This document shows, in pieces, positions 19,723 through 28,948 of a DNA stretch of 64,000 nt (positions are counted from its first letter, which is position 1; every line of letters begins with the position of its first letter). Source of the DNA: an uncultured Lachnospiraceae bacterium (lineage in GTDB: Bacteria > Bacillota > Clostridia > Lachnospirales > Lachnospiraceae). A program made the position numbers and the translations under genes. The notes under the pieces were generated by a model, which saw nothing but the letters and a program-made list of their open reading frames with translations, searched no databases and was not told the DNA's origin. The DNA lies in the NCBI GenBank assembly GCA_949949005.1, contig CATLHM010000001.1, positions 193,491 through 257,490 on the forward strand, read 5' to 3'.

Positions 19723-21195
19723 ATGTATCAAATGGAAAATTACCTGAAAACCATCGACGAGGTGATTGCTCAGGGCCCTTACGAACCCACCTGGGAATCC
19801 TTATCGGCCTACGAGGTGCCGAAATGGTACCGGGACGCCAAGTTTGGAATTTTTATTCATTGGGGAATATACAGCGTCCCTGCTTTTGGGAATGAGTGGT
19901 ATCCCAGGAATATGTATTTGCAGGGCTCTGCGGAGTACGAACATCACATCAAGACTTACGGCAGGCACAGTGAATTTGGCTACAAGGATTTTATCCCTAT
20001 GTTCAAGGCCGAAAAGTTCTGCTCCCGGGAGTGGGCGGAATTATTCAAACAGGCGGGGGCCCGGTATGTGGTGCCGGTGGCGGAGCATCATGACGGATTC
20101 CAGATGTACAGAAGTGAGGTGTCCCACTGGAACGCCTATGAGATGGGGCCGAAGAGAGATGTGCTTGGGGAGCTGAAGGAGAGCTGTGAGGAAAAGGGAA
20201 TGGAGGTCGGTGCATCCTCCCACCGGGTAGAGCACTGGTTTTTTATGGGCCATGGAAAGGAATTTGACAGCGATGTCAAGGAACCTATGGAGCGGGGAGA
20301 TTTTTACTGGCCTGCCATGCCGGAGCCGAATCATCAGGACATCTACAGCACGCCGGAGCCCACGGAGGAATATCTTCAGGACTGGCTGGTGCGCACCTGC
20401 GAGATCATAGACCGTTACCGCCCCAGAGTCCTTTATTTTGACTGGTGGATCCAGCACAGCGCCTGTAAGCCTTACCTGAAAAAGCTGGCGGCATACTATT
20501 ACAACAGAGCGGCTTCGTGGGGAATGGAAGTGGCGATCAATTACAAGCATGACGCGTTCCAGTTCGGAACCGCCGTGCCGGATGTGGAGAGAGGGCAGTT
20601 CGCGGAGGTAAAGCCCTATTTCTGGCAGACGGATACGGCAGTGGCCCTGAATTCCTGGGGCTACACGGAAAATAATCAATTCCGTCCGGCCGGGGATATT
20701 ATTTGTGACCTGGTGGATATTGTCAGCAAGAACGGCGCTCTTTTGCTGAATGTGGGGCCGAAAGCGGACGGAACCATTTCCGATGAGGATAAGGCGATTT
20801 TGCTGGAAATAGGAGCATGGCTTAAGACCAACGGAGAGGCAATCTATGGGACAAAGACCTGGCGGAAATACGGGGAGGGGCCTACGAGGATCGTGGAAGG
20901 GCAATTTTCGGACGGCATCAAGAAGAATTTTACCTCCCAGGATTTCCGTTTTACCACAAAGGCAGGCTTCCTCTATGCCACTGCCTTAAAGTGCAGCGAG
21001 AATGGGGAGTACTGTATCCAATCCCTGGGAGAGCAGGACGCGTCCAAACAGGCGAATTTCCACGGGATCATCAGAGACATGGAAGTACTTGGGGATGGCG
21101 ATAAGCCAAAGTGGAGCAGGGATGAAAAGGGACTGCATATCAAGACCGGATTCAGGAGCGCTCATCCCGTTGTGTTTAAGATTAAGGTGGACTAA
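19723..21195 (+). CDS. GH29 alpha-L-fucosidase
   Basis: DAKFGIFIHWG; AEHHDGF; LYFDWW nucleophile; DIVSKNGALLLNVGP. Confidence 0.92.
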   Translation: MYQMENYLKTIDEVIAQGPYEPTWESLSAYEVPKWYRDAKFGIFIHWGIYSVPAFGNEWYPRNMYLQGSAEYEHHIKTYGRHSEFGYKDFIPMFKAEKFCSREWAELFKQAGARYVVPVAEHHDGFQMYRSEVSHWNAYEMGPKRDVLGELKESCEEKGMEVGASSHRVEHWFFMGHGKEFDSDVKEPMERGDFYWPAMPEPNHQDIYSTPEPTEEYLQDWLVRTCEIIDRYRPRVLYFDWWIQHSACKPYLKKLAAYYYNRAASWGMEVAINYKHDAFQFGTAVPDVERGQFAEVKPYFWQTDTAVALNSWGYTENNQFRPAGDIICDLVDIVSKNGALLLNVGPKADGTISDEDKAILLEIGAWLKTNGEAIYGTKTWRKYGEGPTRIVEGQFSDGIKKNFTSQDFRFTTKAGFLYATALKCSENGEYCIQSLGEQDASKQANFHGIIRDMEVLGDGDKPKWSRDEKGLHIKTGFRSAHPVVFKIKVD

Positions 21196-21309
21196 AATAT
21201 AGAGGGGAGTCAAAATCAGCGGGTTGCCGAATCATAACTATCGGTGCCTGAGAGACGTTGTTGGCCTGGAGCGGGGATTGTGAAACAAGGGGGGATGGGG
21301 TATAATAGG

Positions 21310-21440
21310 AAGTGCGCTGATGCCCAAAAGGCGCTGAAGCAGATATATGATAAAAAATACGCGGATGAACTGCGGACAGAAGGGTATCGGCAGATCGGCT
21401 GCTTTGGACTCTCTTTTTACCAAAAGGACTGTGAGGTAAG
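21310..21440 (+). pseudogene. 3' remnant of an AAA-ATPase/PD-(D/E)XK nuclease gene
   Basis: [39 protein letters not shown] matches the usual C-terminus of that family; no N-terminal part. Confidence 0.7.
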
Positions 21441-21442
21441 GT

Positions 21443-22126
21443 TTGGAAATGGAGAAAGCTTACAGGATTTTAGTGGCAGAGGATGACAGGGGATTAAACC
21501 AGGGAATCCGCCTGGCTCTCCAAAGGGAAGAATTTGTCTTTGACGCAGCCTACAGCTTAAAGGAAGCGGAGGAGATATGGAGGGAAAAAAGCCCGGATAT
21601 GATACTTCTGGATGTGAATTTTCCGGACGGAAGCGGATTTGATTTTTTGCGCAGGCTTCGGGAGGCTGACAGCATTCCGGTGCTGATGATCACAGCCAAT
21701 GACAGGGAGACGGATGAGGTTACCGGGCTGACCCTGGGGGCGGACGATTATATTACCAAGCCGTTTAGTCTGATGGCCCTAAGGGCAAGGGTGGATACGA
21801 TCCGCAGGCGCGCCCGCCTTTCATCAGTGCCTGTCTATGAAAAGGAAGGCTACTGCTTTGATTTTGGGAAGCTGGAATTTCGTGTTCGGGGGCAGGAAAT
21901 CATGCTGAGCGCACCGGAGCAAAGGCTTCTTAAGATGTTTACGGCCCATCCCGGGCAGACCCTGCCCAGAGAGAGGCTGATGGAGCTGATCTGGGCGGAT
22001 GGAACGGAATATGTGGATGAAAATGCCCTTTCCGTCACTGTCAGCCGCCTGCGCAGGAAGCTGGAAATAAAAGGAAGGGAATGTCCGATCCATACGGTAT
22101 ACGGGGTTGGATATGTTTGGAAATGA
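21443..22126 (+). CDS. OmpR-family response regulator (start 21443 TTG or 21449 ATG)
   Basis: ILVAEDD; [11 protein letters not shown]; [11 protein letters not shown]; IHTVYGVGY. Confidence 0.93.
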   Translation: MEMEKAYRILVAEDDRGLNQGIRLALQREEFVFDAAYSLKEAEEIWREKSPDMILLDVNFPDGSGFDFLRRLREADSIPVLMITANDRETDEVTGLTLGADDYITKPFSLMALRARVDTIRRRARLSSVPVYEKEGYCFDFGKLEFRVRGQEIMLSAPEQRLLKMFTAHPGQTLPRERLMELIWADGTEYVDENALSVTVSRLRRKLEIKGRECPIHTVYGVGYVWK

Positions 22127-22290
22127 GGGGAAGTAAAATTGTTTCCAGGCTGGATGAAATGTTGACATCCGCTATGGAGGGTTCCTTTGTGGAATCAGAT
22201 TATAATGAGACGGAGCTTTCCAGGCTGGAGAGTAAATTCAGGCAGTATCTGACGGAGAAGGAAGTGTCCACACTGCGGTACATTTTCTGA
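22123..22290 (+). pseudogene. Truncated sensor histidine kinase (N-terminal 55 aa only)
   Basis: ATGA overlap with the regulator; RLDEMLTSAMEGSFVESDYNETELSRLESK is a typical HK N-terminus; HisKA and HATPase domains absent. Confidence 0.75.
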
Positions 22291-22310
22291 ATGACAAATT
22301 CATTTCTCAT
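22265..22310 (-). pseudogene. N-terminal remnant of a HEPN/DUF86 (HepT-like) toxin
   Basis: ATG overlaps the end of the MNT gene; MRNEFVIQKMYRSVD then runs into the kinase remnant. Confidence 0.5.
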
Positions 22311-22452
22311 AAATCGTTACTCCGGTTGCATGGATCTCACGGTCAATTTTGGAGCCTTTTGCTATAGAGCCAAACAAAACGGCGCGTGATATGCCGTAGT
22401 CATTAAATATAGGTGTAAGAACAGTTTGAATATCAGATACATTATATGTCAA
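22300..22452 (-). pseudogene. Minimal nucleotidyltransferase (MNT) antitoxin with an internal deletion
   Basis: AVLFGSIAKG joined directly to SKIDREIHATGVTIYEK; the DxD catalytic segment is missing. Confidence 0.75.
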
Positions 22453-22540
22453 CTGAGCACCCCCTTTTTCTTTATTATACACTGTAACAAGGAAAGAAAA
22501 AATAGGAATTTTGGTTATCTATTTAAATTCTTGCAAAACT

Positions 22541-22571
22541 GTTAGATTTCAGAAAGATTTGGGTAAGATTG
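22541..22571 (+). promoter_or_regulatory. Three AGATT direct repeats at 11-bp period, probable response-regulator box
   Basis: AGATT at 22544, 22555 and 22566, upstream of the ABC exporter. Confidence 0.55.
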
Positions 22572-22686
22572 TTTTGTTATAGTCTGTTTATGCAAAAACT
22601 GCATAGGCAGGCTTTTTTCCTATAGGAAGCTATGCAGCAAACCTGCAACAGGTTTTACTTATTTTTTATACTACAAGGAGCAAGAC

Positions 22687-23424
22687 ATGGAAATTTTAAG
22701 GACAGAAAATCTGAAAAAGTATTACGGCGAGGGCGAGATCAGCGTGAAGGCACTAGACGGGGTGGATTTTGCTGTGGAAAAAGGGGAATTCGTATCCATT
22801 GTGGGAACCTCCGGCAGCGGGAAGTCCACTCTTCTGAATATGCTGGGCGGGTTGGACCGGCCTACCTCCGGGAGCGTGGCGGTGGACGGGAAAAATATTT
22901 TTTCCCTTAAGGAAGAAGCCCTGACTATTTTTCGAAGAAGGAAGATCGGGTTTGTGTTCCAGAGCTTTAATCTGGTGCCGGTGCTGAATGTTTACGAAAA
23001 TATTGTGCTGCCCATTGAACTGGACGGCAACAGGATAGACAAAAAGTTTGTGGACAGTGTGATCGAGACGCTTGGGCTGGAAAACAAGATTTATGCCCTG
23101 CCCTCCCAGCTCTCGGGAGGGCAGCAGCAGAGGGTTGCCATTGCCAGAGCCCTGGCGTCAAAGCCGGTGATTGTCCTGGCCGATGAGCCCACCGGAAATC
23201 TGGACTCCGCTACCAGCCAGGATGTGCTGGGACTGATGAAAACCACAGGAGAGCGCTTTGGGCAGACTATGGTGATGATTACTCACAATGAGGAGATCGC
23301 TCAGATGGCGGACCGGATTGTGCGCATTGAGGATGGCCGGATTGTACTGCCTGATAAGAGCAGGAAATTTTCACGAAAAGAGGCTTTGGATACTCCCCAA
23401 AAGGGAGGTGAGTTCCATGGGTAG
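22687..23424 (+). CDS. ABC exporter ATP-binding protein (LolD/MacB type)
   Basis: GTSGSGKST; [15 protein letters not shown]; [10 protein letters not shown]. Confidence 0.95.
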   Translation: MEILRTENLKKYYGEGEISVKALDGVDFAVEKGEFVSIVGTSGSGKSTLLNMLGGLDRPTSGSVAVDGKNIFSLKEEALTIFRRRKIGFVFQSFNLVPVLNVYENIVLPIELDGNRIDKKFVDSVIETLGLENKIYALPSQLSGGQQQRVAIARALASKPVIVLADEPTGNLDSATSQDVLGLMKTTGERFGQTMVMITHNEEIAQMADRIVRIEDGRIVLPDKSRKFSRKEALDTPQKGGEFHG

Positions 23425-26017
23425 GGTGAAAAACAGCCGGGCGCTTGGGCGTCTTGCTGAAAAAAGCTTTGGGGCAAACCGTACCCGTAATATCATAGCG
23501 TCCATCGCCATTGGGCTGACGGCGGTTTTGTTTACGGCGGTCTTTACCATAGGAATCGGTCTGGCGGAAAATATACAGCGTTCCGCCCTGATACAGGCAG
23601 GAGGCGATGTTCATGGGACAATTAAGAACCTCACCCGGCAGCAGTATGATATTTTAAAACGGCATCCCTCCATAAGGGAATGTGGGAGAGATATTGTGGT
23701 GGCAAATTCGGTGGAAAATCCAGAATTTCTAAAGCGCCATGTGGAGGTACATTATCTTGACCGGAATCTATATCCCCACTGGTTTGTACGGATCGCCCAG
23801 GGGACGGAGCCCAAGGCGGCGGATGAGATTTTGATGGACCGCAAATCCATGGAGCTTTTGGGGCTGGAGGCTCTGGCCGGGAGCGAGGTTACGCTGGATA
23901 TCAGGGTACATTATTACAGTGAGCCCATAAAGCGTACCTTTAGGGTGAGCGGAGTGATGGAGGAGGCGGAGGGGATGAATGTGGGTTTCGTGTTTGTCCC
24001 AGAGGCCTATCTGGAAAAGTATGGGGATGAGATCTGGCCGAAGGAAAGCGCGGAGGCGATGGCAAGCAGTACCGGGGATATTTCCCTACAGGTGTTGTTT
24101 GCCGATTCCCGAAACATTCAGGAAAGGCTGGATAAGATCATTACGGACTGCGGCTTTTCCCTGGATGAGACTTCAGAAAATTACATGGCATCCAATGCCA
24201 ACTGGGCCTATCTCACTGACGGGGTGGGAGGCGACCCCATCACTATTATGGGGATTGGACTGGCGCTTTTGCTGATCGTGGTGACAGGTTATCTGATTAT
24301 TTATAACATTTTCCAGATTTCCATTATCCGGGATATCCGTTATTACGGCCTTTTAAAAACCATAGGAACCACCGCAAGACAGATCAGAAGGATTCTGCAC
24401 AGGCAGGCGCTTTGGCTGTGTCTTATGGGAACCCCGGCTGGACTTTTCGTCGGCTTTCTGATAGGAAAATTTCTTTTTCCCATCATAGCAGATACAGGTG
24501 GCATGGGGGAGGGAGCAGAGTTTTCGGTCACTCCCAGGCCCTGGATATTTGCAGGGGCTGCAGTTTTTACGGTGCTGACGGTGTTGATTTCCGAGTGGAA
24601 GCCTGCAAGGATTGCGGGAAAGGTTTCTCCCATGGAAGCGCTTCGCTACACGGAATATGGAAGGAAGGGCAGAAAGCAGAAGAAGACCACGGATGGCGGA
24701 AAGCTTTTTAAAATGGCGTTTTCCAATCTGGGAAGAAACAGGGGAAGGACGGCGGTGGTGATTTTATCCCTCTCGCTTACGGTGATCCTGACGAACAGTG
24801 TCTATACCATCGTCACATCCGTTGACAGGGAGGGCTTTCTATCCAAAATGATTTTGAGCGAGGGTATGATCGGCAACGCGGCCCTCTGGAATCACCGGTA
24901 TCGTCCCACGGATGAGCAGCAGGCAAAGGAAATCAGCCTTTCCGAGAGCTTCATTAAGGCCTGCCAGCAGCAAGAGGGATTTGCAGAGGGAGGCAGAATT
25001 TATGTGGATACGAATGGCTCCCGGATACCGGTGGAGAGCTGGGAGGTCCCGGATTATATTCTTCAAAATGAGGACGGCGTTCCCGGCAAATATACGCCGA
25101 TGGGATTTCAGCCCTATGGGGGCTATGAAAACGGCGGTTATTTTGCGGATATGTACGGGATTGAGCCCTTTGTCCTTTCCAAAATGGCTGTGGTGGAAGG
25201 GGAGACGGATAAGAGGGCAATATGGGAAAAGCTCCAGAGCGGCAAATATCTTCTTTACGGGGTGGATGTGGATGACAGCGGGCTTGTGATCGAGGATCAG
25301 GTAAAATACCATGCCGGGGATAAAGTTACGCTACAGTGTGGAAAGGAACCGGCCAGGGAGTACGAGATTATTGCCGCCGTAAAAAGACATACGTACAGCC
25401 TTTCCAACCGTATCGGCAGTGAATTTACGTTTTACATCCCGGCTGGGGAATTTAAGAAAAAGTTTTCAGAGACCGAACTTATGAGTTATCTTTTTGACAC
25501 GAAAGAAGGACAAGAGAGGGACATGGAGGAATTTTTAGAGGCTTATACCACCGAGGTTGAGCCTGCTATGTCCTATGTTTCCAGAACCGTTTATGAGAAG
25601 TCTTTTCAGGAGATTTTGGGAATTATCATGATTGTGGGGACAGGGCTGTCGGGCATGATCGGGCTGATCGGAGTCCTTAATTTTGTCAATGTAACCCTTA
25701 CCGGAATTGCCACAAGGAAACGGGAGTTTGCCATGATGGCGGCCATTGGTATGACCAGAGGCCAGCTTGTGCGGATGCTGATGGCAGAGGGCCTGTGCTA
25801 TTCCTTACTTGCAATGGCGGCCTCCCTGATGTTGGGAACCCTGTTTTCGCTGACTGCGCTACGGGCAGTGGGGAGGGGTATCTGGTTTATCCATTATCAA
25901 TTTACTCTGCTCCCCATGGCCCTTGCCTGCCCGGCGCTGATGGCCCTGGGGGTGTTGGTACCCAGAGTGGTATATGGGTTGCAAAGAAAGGGAAGTATCG
26001 TGGAGGAGCTTAGGTGA
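23417..26017 (+). CDS. FtsX-like ABC exporter permease
   Basis: Two FtsX repeats (RYYGLLKTIGTT; RKREFAMMAAIGMT); GGAGGTG RBS before ATG 23417. Confidence 0.9.
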   Translation: MGRVKNSRALGRLAEKSFGANRTRNIIASIAIGLTAVLFTAVFTIGIGLAENIQRSALIQAGGDVHGTIKNLTRQQYDILKRHPSIRECGRDIVVANSVENPEFLKRHVEVHYLDRNLYPHWFVRIAQGTEPKAADEILMDRKSMELLGLEALAGSEVTLDIRVHYYSEPIKRTFRVSGVMEEAEGMNVGFVFVPEAYLEKYGDEIWPKESAEAMASSTGDISLQVLFADSRNIQERLDKIITDCGFSLDETSENYMASNANWAYLTDGVGGDPITIMGIGLALLLIVVTGYLIIYNIFQISIIRDIRYYGLLKTIGTTARQIRRILHRQALWLCLMGTPAGLFVGFLIGKFLFPIIADTGGMGEGAEFSVTPRPWIFAGAAVFTVLTVLISEWKPARIAGKVSPMEALRYTEYGRKGRKQKKTTDGGKLFKMAFSNLGRNRGRTAVVILSLSLTVILTNSVYTIVTSVDREGFLSKMILSEGMIGNAALWNHRYRPTDEQQAKEISLSESFIKACQQQEGFAEGGRIYVDTNGSRIPVESWEVPDYILQNEDGVPGKYTPMGFQPYGGYENGGYFADMYGIEPFVLSKMAVVEGETDKRAIWEKLQSGKYLLYGVDVDDSGLVIEDQVKYHAGDKVTLQCGKEPAREYEIIAAVKRHTYSLSNRIGSEFTFYIPAGEFKKKFSETELMSYLFDTKEGQERDMEEFLEAYTTEVEPAMSYVSRTVYEKSFQEILGIIMIVGTGLSGMIGLIGVLNFVNVTLTGIATRKREFAMMAAIGMTRGQLVRMLMAEGLCYSLLAMAASLMLGTLFSLTALRAVGRGIWFIHYQFTLLPMALACPALMALGVLVPRVVYGLQRKGSIVEELR

Positions 26018-26175
26018 GGTTTTTGGGGGAGGGCAGCTTATGGTAAGAAGAAAAAGGATTTGCTGTTCTTCATAGACTCTGCGGGAGATGCGCTTGTCAA
26101 TGGGTGGCCGGAAAAGCCGCTCAGGGACAAGCGCACTTTATATCTAAAAAATAGAAATTGTTTACAGTTTTTTAA

Positions 26176-26205
26176 TTGACAAAATCTTTTCAAGCTTGCT
26201 ACAAT
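26176..26205 (+). promoter_or_regulatory. sigmaA promoter of the Rpn-like gene with a long leader
   Basis: TTGACA-18bp-TACAAT with an extended TG motif. Confidence 0.6.
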
Positions 26206-26433
26206 GAATAAAAGCATAGAAATTCTAACGAGAATTCGTTCTGATATCTGATTGACGCGGAGGCAGCTTATATAGCGTGCTGTCTGTTGTTTCTTATCTG
26301 TATTCCCATAAGGGGTGCAACAGTCTGAATTAGATTCCTTGCTTTATTACCAATTGAAATGTGACAGGGCAGGGAGCTTACAGAGGTCTTTTTGGAGTAG
26401 AGGAGCTTTCGCCCGGTGACGGGAGGAGGGTAA

Positions 26434-27336
26434 ATGAGAAAGACCGCAGAAAAGAAAGATACGGTGGAAAAGGATTTTGTTGCATTTCCTGATATTGCGG
26501 CGGATGTAATTAACGTACTTTTGTATCAGGGGGAGGCAGTGGCTGACGCAGGAAAGCTTCTGGCAGGGCCTACGGAAACGGTTTATCAGGGGCAGGAAAG
26601 GCTGCGGAGCCAGTACGAGGACATATGTAAATATCAGATGGAAGAGACAAGCGTGAGCATCATGTATCTGATTGCAAACCAAAGCAGGACGGATGGAAAG
26701 ATGCTGCTTCGCAAAGCGGGATATACAGGCGGTATTTATCGGGAACAATATAAAAACAAATTGTCGGAAGTCTTTCCGGTTATCGAATTAGTACTCTATT
26801 GGGGAAGGCCCAGATGGAGAGGAAAACGCGACCTTCTGACTTTATGTAAAACGCGAAAGGTTCCCGAAAAAGCCTGGAATTATGTGGATGAGTTAAAGCT
26901 TCACGTTTTTGAGATGCGATATCTGCCGTCTCAGACGCGGGAGCTGTTTCAGAGTGATATGCGGATTGTGGTGGATTTTCTTGCAGAGGGAAAAGGTTAC
27001 CGCTCGAATCAAAAAGTGGTGCATAAGGCAGCTCTGATCAGGATGATCAAGGTTCTCTCGGGAGAGACAGATACGGGAGACATTGAACGGTGGATGGAAG
27101 AGCAGGGAATCAAAGAGGAGGATGAGATTACTATGTGCGAATTATTCGATCAGTATGTAAGGCAGGGGAAAAACGAAGGAAAAATAGAAGGAAAAATAGA
27201 AGGAAAAATCGAAGAGAGGCTCTCTATTGTCTGCAATATGCTGCGCGAAGGGCTGGATCGGGAGTTAATCAGAAGAATCACCGGGTGCTCGGCCAGTGAA
27301 CTGATGGCAGCCGGGGAAAGATGCCAAAGAGGTTGA
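26434..27336 (+). CDS. Rpn/YhgA-like (PD-(D/E)XK nuclease / putative transposase) protein
   Basis: DTVEKDFVAFPDIAADVIN; PVIELVLYWG; C-terminal MCELFDQ...(GKIE)n repeats and HTH-like tail. Confidence 0.75.
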   Translation: MRKTAEKKDTVEKDFVAFPDIAADVINVLLYQGEAVADAGKLLAGPTETVYQGQERLRSQYEDICKYQMEETSVSIMYLIANQSRTDGKMLLRKAGYTGGIYREQYKNKLSEVFPVIELVLYWGRPRWRGKRDLLTLCKTRKVPEKAWNYVDELKLHVFEMRYLPSQTRELFQSDMRIVVDFLAEGKGYRSNQKVVHKAALIRMIKVLSGETDTGDIERWMEEQGIKEEDEITMCELFDQYVRQGKNEGKIEGKIEGKIEERLSIVCNMLREGLDRELIRRITGCSASELMAAGERCQRG

Positions 27337-27420
27337 ATGTAATACCGTATTTTCTTTTCTTGAGAATACCTTTCTTTTTATATTTATCTGCTTAATTCTT
27401 AATTGCAGGCCCAGTATCTG

Positions 27421-27474
27421 CTCACAGACAATTCACAGTCAATTCACTGATAATTCACAGAGTGGCTTTAAACT
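27421..27474 (+). promoter_or_regulatory. Four-repeat OmpR/PhoP-type box plus -10 element
   Basis: CTCACA/TTCACA/TTCACT/TTCACA at exact 11-bp period (TCAC at 27422, 27433, 27444, 27455); TAAACT at 27469; no canonical -35. Confidence 0.7.
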
Positions 27475-27544
27475 GGAAACAGGGTTTTACAGAGAATGGT
27501 AAAAGCAACATCTTTTGCCAAATAAAAACAGAAGGAGGTACAGA

Positions 27545-28213
27545 GTGAATTACAGGCATGAATGGAAGCATGAGATTAACAGCTCCGACAGGATTGCCAT
27601 CCGCCAGAGGCTTGGGGTCGTGGCGGAGCCTGACCCGAACGCCATAGACGGAAAATATTTGGTCAGGAGTCTATATTTTGACAATCTGTCAGATACGGTT
27701 TTAAGGGAAAAAATCGACGGGGTGGACAGACGGGAGAAATTTCGGATCCGTTACTATAACCGGGATATATCCGGTCTTCGTCTGGAAAAGAAAAGTAAAT
27801 ACAACGGGCTTGGAAGTAAGGAAAGCGCGGAGCTGACAGCAGCACAGGCCCGGGCCATTGTGGAGGGAAGGACGGATTGGATGATGGAATCCCCACATCC
27901 TCTTATTCGGGAGCTTTACTGCAAAATGAAAACAAAGGGCTTAAGGCCCAAAACGATTGTGGATTATGTGAGGGAGCCCTATGTTTTCCGGCCCGGAAAT
28001 GTGAGAGTGACGTTGGATTATGATATCCGCACAGGATCTGCCTGTACGGATTTTTTAAATCCCGGATGCGTGACGATTCCGGCAGGGGATGCAGTGATCC
28101 TGGAGGTAAAGTGGGATGCATTCCTGCCGTCCGTCATAAGGGATGCCGTTCAGCTCAAAGGACGGCATACGGCGGCTTTTTCTAAGTACGCGGCATGCCG
28201 TATTTATGGATAA
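27545..28213 (+). CDS. VTC (polyphosphate polymerase / CYTH tunnel) domain protein
   Basis: RHEWKH ExK motif; RSLYFDN; REKFRIRYY; LEKKSK; VRVTLD; ILEVKW; FSKY; GTG start after AGGAGG. Confidence 0.9.
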   Translation: MNYRHEWKHEINSSDRIAIRQRLGVVAEPDPNAIDGKYLVRSLYFDNLSDTVLREKIDGVDRREKFRIRYYNRDISGLRLEKKSKYNGLGSKESAELTAAQARAIVEGRTDWMMESPHPLIRELYCKMKTKGLRPKTIVDYVREPYVFRPGNVRVTLDYDIRTGSACTDFLNPGCVTIPAGDAVILEVKWDAFLPSVIRDAVQLKGRHTAAFSKYAACRIYG

Positions 28214-28236
28214 CAAAATTGAAGGAGAAAAATTTT

Positions 28237-28908
28237 ATGACTTTTAGGGATATTTTCAAATCGAGTTTTCTGGAAAATGTGAACAGCATCAGTCTTTTGG
28301 ACATGACTCTTGCGCTGGTGCTTGCCTTTTGCCTTGGGGTGTTTATTTTCTTTGTGTACAAAAAGACCTTTTCTGGCGTGATGTATTCCTCCGGCTTTGG
28401 GGTGAGCCTGATTGCCATGACGATGATCACCACGCTGGTGATTCTTGCAGTGACCAGCAATGTGGTGCTTTCTCTGGGAATGGTGGGCGCGCTGTCCATC
28501 GTCCGTTTCCGGACGGCCATCAAGGAGCCTTTGGATATCGCTTTTCTGTTCTGGTCGATTGGGGCAGGGATCGTACTTGCGGCGGGCATGATTCCCCTGG
28601 CGGTTTTCGGCAGTGTGCTGATCGGAGCCACCCTTCTTATCTTTGTGAATAAAAAATCTTATATCAATCCCTATATTGTGGTGTTGCGGTGTGACGGCCA
28701 TGAGAGCGAAGGGCGGGCAATGGAATACTTAAAGGAAAGGGCGCCGCGCCTGTCGGTTAAAAGCAAGACCGCCCAAAAGGGGGCTGTGGAGTTGAATCTG
28801 GAGATCCGGTTAAAGGATGACAATACAGATTTTGTAAATGAGCTGGCAGAGCTTGCGGGTGTGGAAAGCGCCGTGCTGGTCAGCTACAACGGGGATTATA
28901 TGGGATGA
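28237..28908 (+). CDS. DUF4956 membrane protein
   Basis: SNVVLSLGMVGALSIVRFRTAIKEPLD signature; 4-5 TM segments plus a small cytoplasmic C-terminal domain. Confidence 0.88.
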   Translation: MTFRDIFKSSFLENVNSISLLDMTLALVLAFCLGVFIFFVYKKTFSGVMYSSGFGVSLIAMTMITTLVILAVTSNVVLSLGMVGALSIVRFRTAIKEPLDIAFLFWSIGAGIVLAAGMIPLAVFGSVLIGATLLIFVNKKSYINPYIVVLRCDGHESEGRAMEYLKERAPRLSVKSKTAQKGAVELNLEIRLKDDNTDFVNELAELAGVESAVLVSYNGDYMG

Positions 28909-28948
28909 TGCAGCAGATGGATGCAGAGTGTAAGAAAAGAGGAATTTG

